62,546 bases of DNA, filler included, from Collodictyon triciliatum (GCA_043381765.1; 7 parts of 7 records of this genome joined end to end with filler, not necessarily neighbours in it), one strand, 5' to 3'; positions 17,601 to 30,150 are shown, numbered from the whole stretch's first letter. Notes: generated by a model not told the origin, from the sequence alone. Translations and numbers: made by a program.

Positions 17601-18029
17601 TGCGAGTGTCGAGTCTCCTCTTGCGCACTGTACCCTTTCAAAGGTGTCTATGAACAGCTCTTTAAATTATGTAGTGAATGGGAGTCAGATAGTGTTGTTA
17701 CGCATGAATAACCGGAAAGCAGTGTCTCTCCAAGACCCTTTCTTCTCTTTATCTTATTTGTATATGTATATATAACTTGTTTGTTTCTTCCATCTCAATC
17801 CATGCAACATATTTCATTCTAATTTATATCTTATGCATATGATTATCAAATAACATACCAGAAGGAATCTTCCCCAATAGTGATGGAGCAGCTCAAAGAC
17901 CAAGAGCCCCGCAAGCGCGCTCGAATTCGATGGTTCTTGGCTTACACACTCATCAGGAATCCTGCACTTTCCAAACTTCGAAAACATGCTTTGCTCAAAC
18001 ACCCTCAGATAATCACAAACTCTCATTGA
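12652..18029 (+). CDS. Signal peptide + MRH-like (M6P-receptor/ATG27-type) domain + STRA6-like multipass membrane protein
   Basis: N-term hydrophobic signal; C...YLYDFHSL...IYANLC...C...STTFIISC...CTYELYFKTEKAC (MRH pattern). STRA6-like motifs: YEDDVTTLLK, ASLYVGIQVGYTFIGY, YDQGHCAYIGMLLLENNHNNPI, RARIRWFLAYTLIRNPALSKLRK. Confidence 0.82.
13068..13143. repeat. (TATC)n intronic microsatellite
   Basis: Direct observation. Confidence 0.95.
14582..14674. repeat. (ATT)n intronic microsatellite
   Basis: Direct observation. Confidence 0.95.
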
Positions 18030-18937
18030 TTTAAAAAAATAAGGAAAAAGGAAAACACGGTGTTCTAAATTTGTAATATACATTTGTTAAAAAAAAAAAA
18101 AAAACATAAGTTTATATGATATTATAACATATAATGGGGTAAGTATGGTTTGACATGTGTTTTGACAGAAACGAAACTCTCATGCTGCAAAACTATGTGA
18201 CCAGAAGCTCACTGTTCGAACCATTAGGAAATGGTACGTTTGTCAAACGTGATATTAGTGTGGCATATACCAATTCTCCTCTTCTGCGAGAGAACTTTGC
18301 AAACGACATACCGATGATAGTGGTGTCAGAGAGACGGAGATCAATGGTGGTGTGAATGCAGAGAGAATCACAAGCGTGTTGTGGATGCGTGACGTTTCTA
18401 AGGCCGATAGAGAGAAACACAATTCTACACTTACCAACAGAAGGGATTGAGCGTGGGAATTCACAAGATGGCACATGGGTGTCTTGTGTGGTTAGCAAGC
18501 ATAAGAACTTGAATCTACTTTCCGAAAATGAAAGTAAAAAGTCCGTGATGTTAAATATGGAAAATGCAGTACTTGAAATTGAGCCATATAGTAATATATT
18601 ATCATTTGTATGTAGATTCCACATTATGCAATTAGGTCGGTTGTTCTGAGACTGTTTTGGTAGTGGGAAAGTCCGGAGGCGAATTACAGATGGGTTTGGT
18701 ATATAAACCCTTTGGACTCACCGTTTGGCTTTCTCTGGCGGCAATATCGGATGACTCTCATGCGTTGGCCATGTCATCCATTCGACTGTTACACCTTCTC
18801 TAAAACTAGCATCAGATTCAGTTTTATTCTAATGCTTTGCCTCTGTTATCTGCAAGTCTTTTATTTTAATATATAGTTCTGTTCTTGTAAAACTGATTGC
18901 ATTGGCTTCCTTGCTATTGCTTAACAGAAAGTTGGAA

Positions 18938-19577
18938 ATGGGAAAGCGCAAATCCAGCAGGAAGCCTGTCGATAGAAAGAAGCAGCAAGCCAAGTATCAC
19001 ATCGTACCCACGACCTTCAATTGTGTGCTTTGCAGCAACGAGGGTTCTGTCCAGATTGAAATGTTTGTCTTCTCCAAAAGTTTTTTTTATCCCCGCTCTT
19101 TCAAATAGATTTTATTTTACATTCTCTTGCATCATGCTCAGGGACAAACGGCACAACAAGGCTCTGTTATACTGCAAGGTCTGTTCTGAAAAGTGGGAGA
19201 CAAAGCTAAAGAGTAAGTGAACAGACTATAGGCTTCCTCATTTCCATCCACACATATTTACAAATTTGATGATTTTTTTTTTTGTACTTATGAAAGACTC
19301 CAACATCTGTATCTTAGTATATGATTTTCTTTCTCATTAGTTCTTTTACCTTTTTGCCCCTCTTTTATATAATTTTTCTTACTTTCTCATCTCATCTTAC
19401 TATTGTATCGCAATTCAGGGTATATACTGAAAAGAAAAAGAAAAAGAAAATAATCTTGCTAGCCATAAATATCTCCACCTTACGGTCATAGGCTTTTCAG
19501 AACCGGTGGACATCTACACAGAATGGACGGACGCGTGTGTGGATGTCCTCAAAAAGGCGGAGGAGGAGCGGCCATAA
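18938..19577 (+). CDS. ELOF1: Transcription elongation factor 1 homolog (Elf1 zinc ribbon), 3 exons
   Basis: MGKRKSSRKP...PTTFNCVLCSNEGSV|...CKVCSEKWET|...SEPVDIYTEWTDAC. Confidence 0.95.
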
Positions 19578-19735
19578 AGTCTGCCGATATCCAGTCTTCT
19601 GCGCTGCCAGAAGGCGCCCTGCGTTCCCACAGCAGTTATTGAATAAAACCAATAAAAAAAATAATGAATTATAAAAAATAATTCGAAATGGGAGTGATAA
19701 TAAAATTAAACCAAATCAAAAAACACAGCACACCA

Positions 19736-19908
19736 CAACAAAAACAAAAACAAAAACAAAAACAAAAACAAAAACAAAAACAAAAACAAAAACAAAAACA
19801 AAAACAAAAAATAAAAAAACAAACAAAAACAAACAAAAACAAAAACAAACAAAAACAAAAACACAAAAACACAAAAACACAAAAACACAAAAACACAAAA
19901 ACACAAAA
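19736..19908. repeat. (CAAAAA)n / (CACAAAAA)n repeat at scaffold end
   Basis: Direct observation. Confidence 0.9.
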
Positions 19909-20008
19909 NNNNNNNNNNNNNNNNNNNNNNNNNNNNNNNNNNNNNNNNNNNNTTAATTAATTAANNNNNNNNNNNNNNNNNNNNNNNNNNNNNNNNNNNN
20001 NNNNNNNN

Positions 20009-20240
20009 GTGTTTATTATTGTGTTTATTATTGTGTTTATTATTGTGTTTATTATTGTGTTTATTATTGTGTTTATTATTGTGTTTATTATTGTTGTGTT
20101 TATTGTTGTGTTTATTGTTGTGTTTATTGTTGTGTTTATTGTTGTGTTTGTTATTGTTGTGTTTGTTATTGTTGTGTTTGTTATTGTTGTGTTTGTTATT
20201 GTTGTGTTTGTTATTGTTGTGTTTGTTATTGTTGTGTTTA
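20009..20240. repeat. 12/15-bp (TTGTGTTTATTA-type) tandem repeat at scaffold start
   Basis: Direct observation. Confidence 0.9.
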
Positions 20241-21187
20241 TTTTTGTTATCGGGGCTTTGGTATTTCATGAAGATAAAGGTGAGTGGATGAGAGCTTATT
20301 GCATGGTAGGATGAATACCGACCGATGGAACAAATCTTCCATGCGCAAAGTGAGCAGCTTGATCACGACGAACTCGGCCCTCAAATGGAGCATGATGAAC
20401 AGGTTTATTGCCTTTGCACAACTGTAGTCTAGTTGTACATCTTACGTACTCAACAACTATAAGATATCAAATATTTCAAGAAACCCAATTTCTCGTCTCT
20501 TGTTATACACCTTCTTATGCACGTATTATGGACATATTCATATTTCCTAAGCTCTGGATGAATTGCATTNNNNNNNNNNNNNNNNNNNNNNNNNNNNNNN
20601 NNNNNNNNNNNNNNNNNNNNNNNNNNNNNNNNNNNNNNNNNNNNNNNNNNNNNNNNNNNNNNNNNNNNNNNNNNNNNNNNNNNNNNNNNNNNNNNNNNNN
20701 NNNNNNNNNNNNNNNNNNNNNNNNNNNNNNNNNNNNNNNNNNNNNNNNNNNNNNNNNNNNNNNNNNNNNNNNNNNNNNNNNNNNNNNNNNNNNNNNNNNN
20801 NNNNNNNNNNNNNNNNNNNNNNNNNNNNNNNNNNNNNNNNNNNNNNNNNNNNNNNNNNNNNNNNNNNNNNNNNNNNNNNNNNNNNNNNNNNNNNNNNNNN
20901 NNNNNNNNNNNNNNNNNNNNNNNNNNNNNNNNNNNNNNNNNNNNNNNNNNNNNNNNNNNNNNNNNNNNNNNNNNNNNNNNNNNNNNNNNNNNNNNNNNNN
21001 NNNNNNNNNNNNNNNNNNNNNNNNNNNNNNNNNNNNNNNNNNNNNNNNNNNNNNNNNNNNNNNNNNNNNNNNNNNNNNNNNNNNNNNNNNNNNNNNNNNN
21101 NNNNNNNNNNNNNNNNNNNNNNNNNNNNNNNNNNNNNNNNNNNAGTTATGCCATTTGTACCCCATGTTAAAGTTGGCTGCATTTTAG

Positions 21188-21978
21188 ATTGCAATATATG
21201 GTTACTCCTTCTGCACTGCGGCTCGCAAAGCCTTCTTTTTGCTTCTCTCCAACGCGTTGCGAGTTGCGGCGGTCACAATGGTTGGCGACTTCCTGATATT
21301 TGTCGGGAAAGTAAGAGCACGCAAATAATGCCGAATCTGTTTCGATAATCTTTTTTTTTTAGTGTCTTTATATACGAAGTACAAACATACGTGCAAAAAA
21401 AAGGGGGAAAGTGAATTTAATCATCGATGTTTTATTACGTACTTAAGTTGGCCATTTCTGCTGCAACAACCTACGTTTGTCTGATGATAATGCAACGCGA
21501 AGACAACTTGCAGTATTGGGTCGTGCCTCTCGTGGTTTGTGTCATTCGCAGAGTTTCATCTAGTTCTATCGTCATTTAATGTTTTTTTAAAAGGGGTTTG
21601 ATTAATCTGATTGCTATTTCCCCCACATCGTTTCCACAGCTCTGTGCGATTATTTCATATATCGTGGCTTCTTACTTCCTTGCGTTGTACGAAATGGCCG
21701 TGGACACGATTCTCCTATGCTTCTGTGAAGACATGAAGGTTAGTCTCTCTGCTTGACCGCATCGCTTGATTGTTTGGTTGATAATCTCTGTCTGGAGTGT
21801 CAAAGTGGACTCAGTCGCCCCCATGTCTCACAGAGAAGCAACTGGTATTTGTTTTCACTTCCCTCTCTATTCTTTTCCTCTGCGATACTCTCTCTCTCTC
21901 TCTCTCACTCATTAGCGCAATGACGGCTCGCCAGCCAAGCCGTACTACATGACCGACAGTCTGAAGCAGTACATATAA
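21188..21978 (+). CDS. Choline transporter-like protein (CTL/SLC44 family), last four exons only
   Basis: IAIYGYSFCTAARKAFFLLLSNALRVAAVTMVGDFLIFVGK; YEMAVDTILLCFCED; NDGSPAKPYYMTDSL. The upstream part lies in an N gap. Confidence 0.92.
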
Positions 21979-22563
21979 TCGATGAAACGCGCGGTTTTGT
22001 TGCGGCGGAGAGAAAGAGCGCATGAGAATGAATAGGCGATGTCCCCACNNNNNNNNNNNNNNNNNNNNNNNNNNNNNNNNNNNNNNNNNNNNNNNNNNNN
22101 NNNNNNNNNNNNNNNNNNNNNNNNNNNNNNNNNNNNNNNNNNNNNNNNNNNNNNNNNNNNNNNNNNNNNNNNNNNNNNNNNNNNNNNNNNNNNNNNNNNN
22201 NNNNNNNNNNNNNNNNNNNNNNNNNNNNNNNNNNNNNNNNNNNNNNNNNNNNNNNNNNNNNNNNNNNNNNNNNNNNNNNNNNNNNNNNNNNNNNNNNNNN
22301 NNNNNNNNNNNNNNNNNNNNNNNNNNNNNNNNNNNNNNNNNNNNNNNNNNNNNNNNNNNNNNNNNNNNNNNNNNNNNNNNNNNNNNNNNNNNNNNNNNNN
22401 NNNNNNNNNNNNNNNNNNNNNNNNNNNNNNNNNNNNNNNNNNNNNNNNNNNNNNNNNNNNNNNNNNNNNNNNNNNNNNNNNNNNNNNNNNNNNNNNNNNN
22501 NNNNNNNNNNNNNNNNNNNNNNNNNNNNNNNNNNNNNNNNNNNNNNNNNNNNNNNNNNNNNNN

Positions 22564-25500
22564 AAGAACTTGCTGCTATGGAACCCATCGACCGCGCCAG
22601 AATTCGTGACAGAGTTTCTATCATGGCCAAACATTTCAGTCCATGTGATGCTCCACTTTTTCTTAAGATCTATTGTCATTATGAAAGGATTATCAAGATG
22701 TATCATGACAAACCTTGTTATTATTTATTCTTAAAAACAGCTTTTGAGGGATTCTAATGTTATTTATAAACATCCCAGCTGGAAATGAGGAGGTTGTTCA
22801 GGGCCACATCGAAAGACTTTTCCAGGGCTGCCAAATTAATCCCGAAGAAGCATTTGATGATGTATACGAGCAAATTGTTCGTAAGAAACTTATTCTTTTT
22901 CTATTTGCTTTTGTTTTTGTGATTTATTTAAAAGAGTAAAGTGAATTTTTATAGGATTGAGTACAAGTTATCCTTTCATATTTCTCCATTTATTAACCTA
23001 TTTTTATTATTTACTTGGTGGTAGGTCAACCTGGCTCCCTTGACCACGCTGAATTGGACAAGTATTACTCCCAAGCTGCAGAGTCTTCGAGTGATTGGAT
23101 AAAGGTGAGTTCTTTAATTGAAAATGAATAAATATTCATTTATGCGAGGTCATTAACTCCCGATTTTGATGGTGGACTAAACACTCATTTTTTTTATTTG
23201 AATTTTTTTTAACAGCAATTTGAGTCAGCCAGTACACCCCACGGGGACCCAACAATTCAAGAATTTATCGACTTTATGAAAAGCTCAGAAGATCCAAAGT
23301 ATGTCTTTTGTCTACATCACTTTTGTTTACTTGGACTTGGCCCATTTTCCATTTAAGTAAGCATTTAAAAATCCTGTTCGCTTACAAATACATATCAGAT
23401 TCAGAAATTCCAAATTCCTTGACTTTCTGGGTTTCATGAACCAGGGCAATCTTGACCCTGAAGCTGAGGTAATGCACAGAAAAACATCCATTTTTAAGAG
23501 TGGCGCACCTAACGGGCTACACTTGCTTTTGTCCACAAACCAACCCTTACATCACCGTCAATCAAAGTATATGGTGTCATTTACCAGAAATTGTCTCCTT
23601 GAAACATGTGTATCAGATCGATGGGCGGCAGCGCGAATACGAATTCCAGTATCCTGTTTTGAATCGCTACCTCGACCACCCGGAACCCCTGGACGAAGGA
23701 ATTAGGCTTTTTGAGAATGGGATGCTTCCCGAAGCTGTCGAGGCATTTGAAGCTGAGGTCGTAATTTACACGGCGCCTCTCGAATGATTGCATTGAGTAT
23801 AGAAACATAATGGAATATGAGTGATAGTTGGATTATAACAGTTCTCTCACGCATGCATTTTCACATGTTCAGGTGAAAAACCAACCAGAAAATTCTGAAG
23901 GCTGGATGCGCCTTGGTCTTGCTCATGCAGAAAACGATGAAGATGACAAGTAAGTCATTAAAATGGGGCAAATCAATTATGCAGGGGTTTTTTAAAAAAA
24001 AAAAACCTTTTTTTTTTGATTCGAAGATATACGGGCTTAAAATGAATAAGATGAGTAAAGGATTAAACCTATATTGTCTAAGGGCCATTGCAGCTTTGGA
24101 GCGGTCTATCGCATGTGATTCGACCAACCTGCAGGCGTATATTGGAATGGCTGTCAGTTATGCCAATCTTCTGCAGTACAGCCAATCAATCAACGTACTT
24201 CGTCAGTGGATAAAATCACACACCTTGTACGGCGGAATCGAACCCCCGGCAGTGGATGCAGAGGGCTTTGACTTGAATCCCCATCAACAAGTATTTGTAC
24301 CTAATTTGATTGTCTGCTTTCATTTCTTTAGCGGGAGTCGTTTTCTCAAGAAGTGTCTCGAAATCATGACAGGTTGTGCACATGTTCCAAGAGGCTGCTC
24401 GGCTGTCTCCGGAGGATCCCGATATCTTTGTGAGTCCAACTCACCAGCTCGCAACCTATTATTCTATTATTCTAGTTTTCTAGTTTTCTAGTTTTCTATT
24501 GTTCTATTATTCTAGTTTTTTATTGTTCTATTGTTCTATTGTTCTATTGTTCTATTGTTCTATTGTTCTATTGTTCTATTGTTCTATTGTTCTATTGTTC
24601 TATTGTTCTATTGTTCTATTGTTCTATTGTTCTATTGTTCTATTGTTCTATTACCCTGTTATCCTGTTATCCTGTTATCCTGTTATCCTGTTATCCTGTT
24701 ATCCTGTTATCCTGTTATCCTGTTATCCTGTTATCCTGTTATCCTGTTATCCTGTTATCCTGTTATCCTATTATGCTGTTATGCTGTTATGCTGTTATGC
24801 TGTTATGCTGTTATGCTATTATTTTTTTTTCCTTTATTCGATGCTGTTATGCTATTATGCTATTATGCTATTATGCTATTATGCTATTATGCTATTATGC
24901 TATTATGCTATTATGCTATTATGCTATTATGCTATTATGCTATTATCCGTCGATGCGTACTGCTATTTTATCGCGCACAGACCCATTCATCGTTGATGTC
25001 TCACCGTATCGTCTCCCTTGCATCCTTTCGCCATTCATCTCCCTGTATGTCTGCCTGGCGGGCAGATTGCACTCGGTGTTCTCTTCAACCTGAGCGCGGA
25101 CTACGACAATGCCATCGAGGCATTCCGACACGCCCTTGAGCTCCGCCCGGATGACTACACCTTGTGGAACAAACTCGGCGCGACGCAGGCAAACTCCAAT
25201 CGCAGTGCAGACGCTGTCGATTCATACAAGCACTGTCTCGAAATCAAACCGACGTATGTGCGCGGGTGGACAAACATGGGTTTGCCTCATATTTCTATCT
25301 TTTTGCATCCTCTCCAGTTGTGTCGACTTAGTGGTGGTCATTACCTGGCGATACCGATTTCCCCAACCCAATTTTTTTGGCCATCGTTGGAATACCAAGA
25401 AAAAATATGAGGAAAAAAAAAGAGCAAGATATAGGATATTTAGACAGAAGAATGGATAACCCTCGGTCGGCAGAGAACATTTGCGTGCATTGCGAACCGA

Positions 25501-25723
25501 GCATAACGCGCTTCTAATATGGAATGTAGGCATCAGCCACATGGACCAGGGCAACTACGAAGAGGCTGCAATCTACTATCTCGGCGCACTTGCCGCAAAC
25601 GACCGTGCACGTCATATTTGGGGCTACCTTTCGTCTCTCTTCATGATGATGAACCGCCCGGACTTGGTCGACAAATGCCGCGAGCAGAACGTCGATTTGT
25701 TCCGGAACGAGTTTGAGTTTTAG
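22564..25723 (+). CDS. PEX5: Peroxisomal targeting signal 1 receptor PEX5, 5' truncated by gap
   Basis: WxxxF (DWIK|QF); PEX7-binding-like [13 protein letters not shown]; TPRs: [66 protein letters not shown]; ends FRNEFEF*. Confidence 0.96.
24463..24946. repeat. Compound array of related 8-bp satellites in a PEX5 intron
   Basis: Successive blocks (TCTAGTTT)n, (TTGTTCTA)n, (TGTTATCC)n, (TGTTATGC)n, (TATTATGC)n. Confidence 0.95.
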
Positions 25724-26103
25724 AACCGTGTTTTGTCTCTCCTCTGTCTCCTTCCATGCGCAACGATTAAAGAAACATAAAAAGATATATAAAAAATTAA
25801 TTAGAGGCAGCAGATGTGGCTGTTGCTTGACTTCTTGCAACTTTATCCATCGTAATTTTAGTACCGCATATTTAATGCGGTATAGAGTGTACTGTTTAGC
25901 CTGCAGCCCACAATCGCAACGCATTTTCATAAACGCGTTATGGGCACCATCACATTTTTTTAATCTGCTGTGGTAAACATCCAAACTCTCAGCGCTGCTT
26001 CGATCAAAGAGGACTGTGATTTCCACAGGCTCAAGAACGTTTCAATGGCTTCAGTGTTGACGACTCACCGTACGAATCTGCCTGAATCTGCGTAATAGAT
26101 ACG

Positions 26104-29100
26104 ATGGCGACGCCAACTCAGGAAATTGGTTTGGTTCTCGCAGCCACCTCCGCGATGTTGGCATACTTTGTCTCAAGAAACAAACGCCAGTTTGATCCCT
26201 CACAGCTTCCTCCGCCGTCGTATGTTTGATCTCTTTTTCTTTTATCTGTTCTTTTTCTTTTCTATTTTCTTTTTTCCTTTTTCCTTTTTCCTTTTTCTTT
26301 TCTATTTTCTTTTTTCTATTTTCTATTTTCTTTTTTCTATTTTCTTTTTTCCTTTTTCCTTTTTCCTTTTTCTTTTCTATTTTCTATTTTCTATTTTCTA
26401 TTTTCTTTTTTCTATTTTCTTTTTTCTATTTTCTTTTTTCTTTCTGTGCTCTAAGTATTCGCTTTCTGGAACTAGATCGGAAGCTGCTGACGTCTTTGAT
26501 TCGGACCACACAGCCACTGGGTCGATGTTGATTCCGCCTCCTTCTAAAGTACACAATCTATTCGGCAACTTATCCGTTCCATCCTCACTTTGTATTCGAC
26601 TATTATATATCATCATTATAGAAAAAATGAAGTGATAGTACTTGGAGAAACACATATTCCAATTTGACAGAACCAGTCTACAGCCATATTTTTTAATAAC
26701 ACATTTTTAATGCATTGGGCCAATATACATCGATACTGGCATCATAATCCAAAAAAAAATCCAGGTAGAGATGGCCTACGCTCACGAACTGAATACCAGC
26801 ATTAGTCTGATGACACAAGGAAGAGTGGATGATGCCTTTTTGTCCTCTACTCTCTACAAAAAGAACATGAATGTCAAGTTTGAGGTGAGTCCTCCCATCC
26901 ACCAGCGCATGAATGTTCTGAAATATTTGTCGATGTATACCTGTATGAACTTTTCCACCCATTATTTACGCTCTTTTATTTTGGCTTTCTTGTTTTTCTT
27001 CTATTTCTTGTTTTTGTTTTTGTTTTTGTTTTTGTTTTTGTTTTTGTTTTTGTTTTTGTTTTTGTTTTTGTTTTTCTTGTCATTCTGTATGAAATAGCTT
27101 TTGACGCCTGAAGTCAAGATTTTGCTCGCTCAGTGGTTCATCGCTGTTCACGGCTCTTTGCTCTCTTTCCCAACATCTTTTCCCGAAAGAAATCGCATTC
27201 CAGACAGCGGCCAAGTTGGAATCCCTGAACTGACTCGAGCTCGCAACATTCTGAGCGCAACATTTCCGTATTCTCTTTCTGATGTAGGCTTCAATTGTCT
27301 TATGAACAAATGAAAATAATGCGTGCTCTGCACGAAGAAACATCACCATGTTATGAACACTGTCGATAAAGAAAGAAAAATGAACTTTTAACCTCTACAA
27401 AAAAAAAAAAAAAAAAAAAAAAAAAAACATATCTAATATGGCTGTCTTTCCTCTAGCGTCGTGAAAGAATTCGGACTTTGTTGGAAATCAACTGGAAGTT
27501 ACAGGATGTCCCAGAAATGAAGAAGCACTATGATGTTATGAAGCGCTACACCAGCTGCACAATTGGCGAAGAGCTCTTTATGTTTGTCACCGCAGCACAT
27601 ATAGGCCGCTTTGATGTAATTTTTTGTCGGATTTGTGCCACTAGAATATCGCACCTTTTGAGCTTTTCGAATTGTGTCTATTCTTACCCAATAAATATGC
27701 TTTTTTTTATCTCATTTTATTTTGTTAGGAACTAATCCAACTTGGAGGGAAACTGAACAAGAAGAATCCCGCATTGTTTGAAAACATTTCGAAAGGATCA
27801 GCCAATCTGCCGGCTGTATTCAACTACTCTACAGCATTCGAGGTCGATAGTTTCAAAGATTACATATGCAGACTTCAATTATAGGATTTTGCTTGTCTTT
27901 TTCTCTTAATCTCCCATTTTCTCTTTATGTTTCTTTTTTATTAGCACGATGTGTATATATGTGTGTGATTGTGTTGGATAAATAGTTCGGAAAGTTGACA
28001 GATTGACACATTCTTAAGGTTGCCTCAGCAAAATCAGACACCTTATTGAAGATCTCCTTCAACACGGCAAAGTCCATCATTAATGTGAAAGGAGTCAAAA
28101 TGGTTTTCAAGACTCTCAACAGCAAGGATAGAAAATCTGTGCGCTCGACGTGCGTTTTCCCCCATATTTGTCTGTTTATCCTTTCAAAAAAAAAGCCTAC
28201 TGATCATTTGTTTCACACCTTCTATCTATCTATAGAATACGCACCTTTGCTCGCGAAGTGATGGAATATCCGATTGCTGAGTCCATCCCCATTCGCCGAT
28301 CTGGTGCACTTGCGCGAATAGCCGTTGGACTTCACGACCCACAAACGTCTCTTCATGGATTCATGAATGACAACTACATGATTTTATGTGGCATTGAGGA
28401 GATTGTCGAATCAAACCGGGTATCCATTCAAACTGTACTATTCTCTCTTCACAATTACATATCATACCATTTTCATCCCCATGACAAACACAATGGTAAA
28501 CTTGCTCTCTACAGAAAATCAAAACGACAGAGACACTCGAGCTTGTGCGCGACGCAGTGCAGCGTCAGTATTGGCGTGGAGTGAGCACGTTTGAAAAGGA
28601 AAAGGTTTCTGGAAATGTTCGCGCGTCGGAGGAGCAGTTTGTGACGTTCGATGTTGAGTTCCTCATCGACATGAACGACGGCACTTTTGTAGCAGAGTCC
28701 GTTCCGGAGGGTCAAAAAGGTTCGCAGTCTGTAAAGCCGACTTCATCGTTGGACTTTGCCTCAATGGAAACGACCTCGCCGGATGCATTAGTAAAGGTAT
28801 ATTTTAGTTCAAAAAATTGCATATGATTTTTTCTTCTTTTTTTTCTTTTTTTATTTTTTTTATTTTTTAATTTTTTATTTTTTAATTTTTATTTTTTATT
28901 TTTTAATTTTTATTTTTTAATTTTTAATTTTTAATTTTTAATTTTTTAATTTTATTTTTATATTTGTTGTTTACGTTTCATCTACACAAAGAAATACTCA
29001 CAACTTACCAGGTCTCTCAGTTCAGTACGACGGTGAATCACCTGATTGACTCCAACAATCATGTCGTTCCTCTTGACCCGCTCGTCATTTCAAAGAAGCG

Positions 29101-29351
29101 CATCGCCGAGGTGAGCAAGATGGCTGCGCAATCGGTATGTCCTCTCTTATTTGATTTTGATTGATTATGAATATGATTTGCTCATTCTTGTTCCTCATTC
29201 TTCTTTGTAGTTTTATTTTGTTGCAGAGGGATTCGTGGTTTAGTGCATTTGTCTTTGCTTTTTGTGTTTTCATTTCCCGCTTCACACATAATTTTTCTAC
29301 CAGGCACCAGCCACACCGGAAACCAAATCAAAAGGGAAGAAACATCAATAA
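26104..29351 (+). CDS. Hypothetical multi-exon protein with N-terminal hydrophobic anchor; no family recognised
   Basis: About 11 exons splice in frame with GT-AG, from MATPTQEIGLVLAATSAMLAYFVSRNKR to APATPETKSKGKKHQ*. Confidence 0.7.
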
Positions 29352-29809
29352 ATCGTATCATCAATCAATCAACCAACCAAACAGACATTCAATCAACCTG
29401 ATAATAAACCCATCGGAAAAAAAGAAGAGAAACACGACCTGTGGCTAAGGAAGGAAAATCTATGTGGCTTTATTGTCCGTTCTCGGTTGGTTTGTCAGAG
29501 ACACTTTGTGCCTGCGTGTGTTCAATCACCTCCACAGTAAAGTTTTTATTTGTAAAAATACAAATATCTGCTGCAATCGTCATTGCCTTCCGTGCAATCT
29601 GCGCACATCAGACACGATGAGATGGGGGATTGTGTAAATGAATTGTGAAGCTGCTTCTTGCACTATGCATCACACAAGCACTGTGTGTGCCACACGAAAA
29701 GGAGAAAGAAAAACCTGCTCCGCGTCCAAGTCAGAACTCTCGGCAAGTGCGCGTGCGGCTGCCAAAGCGTACATCCCACCTGAACCCGTGGCTAAGAGGA
29801 AAGACTGTG

Positions 29810-29912
29810 TTTTCTCTTCTTTTTCTCTTCTTTTTCTCTTCTTTTTCTCTTCTTTTTCTCTTCTTTTTCTCTTCTTTTTCTCTTCTTTTTCTCTTCTTTT
29901 TCTCTTCTTTTT
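29810..29912. repeat. (CTCTTCTTTTT)n repeat at scaffold end
   Basis: Direct observation. Confidence 0.9.
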
Positions 29913-30012
29913 NNNNNNNNNNNNNNNNNNNNNNNNNNNNNNNNNNNNNNNNNNNNTTAATTAATTAANNNNNNNNNNNNNNNNNNNNNNNNNNNNNNNN
30001 NNNNNNNNNNNN

Positions 30013-30150
30013 AAGAAAACATATAAAAAAACAAAACATAAAAAAAACAAAACATAAAAAAAACAAAACATAAAAAAACAAAACATAAAAAAACAAAACA
30101 TAAAAAAACAAAACATAAAAAAACAAAACATAAAAAAACAAAACATAAAA
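30013..30150. repeat. (AAAAAAACAAAACAT)n repeat at scaffold start
   Basis: Direct observation. Confidence 0.9.

Noticed and set aside
20311-20402. Isolated exon-like segment (DEYRPMEQIFHAQ…) before the first large gap
   Set aside because: Its frame and parent gene cannot be determined because of the flanking gaps.
24499-25139. Cys/Tyr/Leu-rich repeat ORFs (also the poly-I, poly-F, KGKER and YR ORFs elsewhere)
   Set aside because: These are translations of intronic microsatellites. They are not CRISPR arrays either, as there are no unique spacers.
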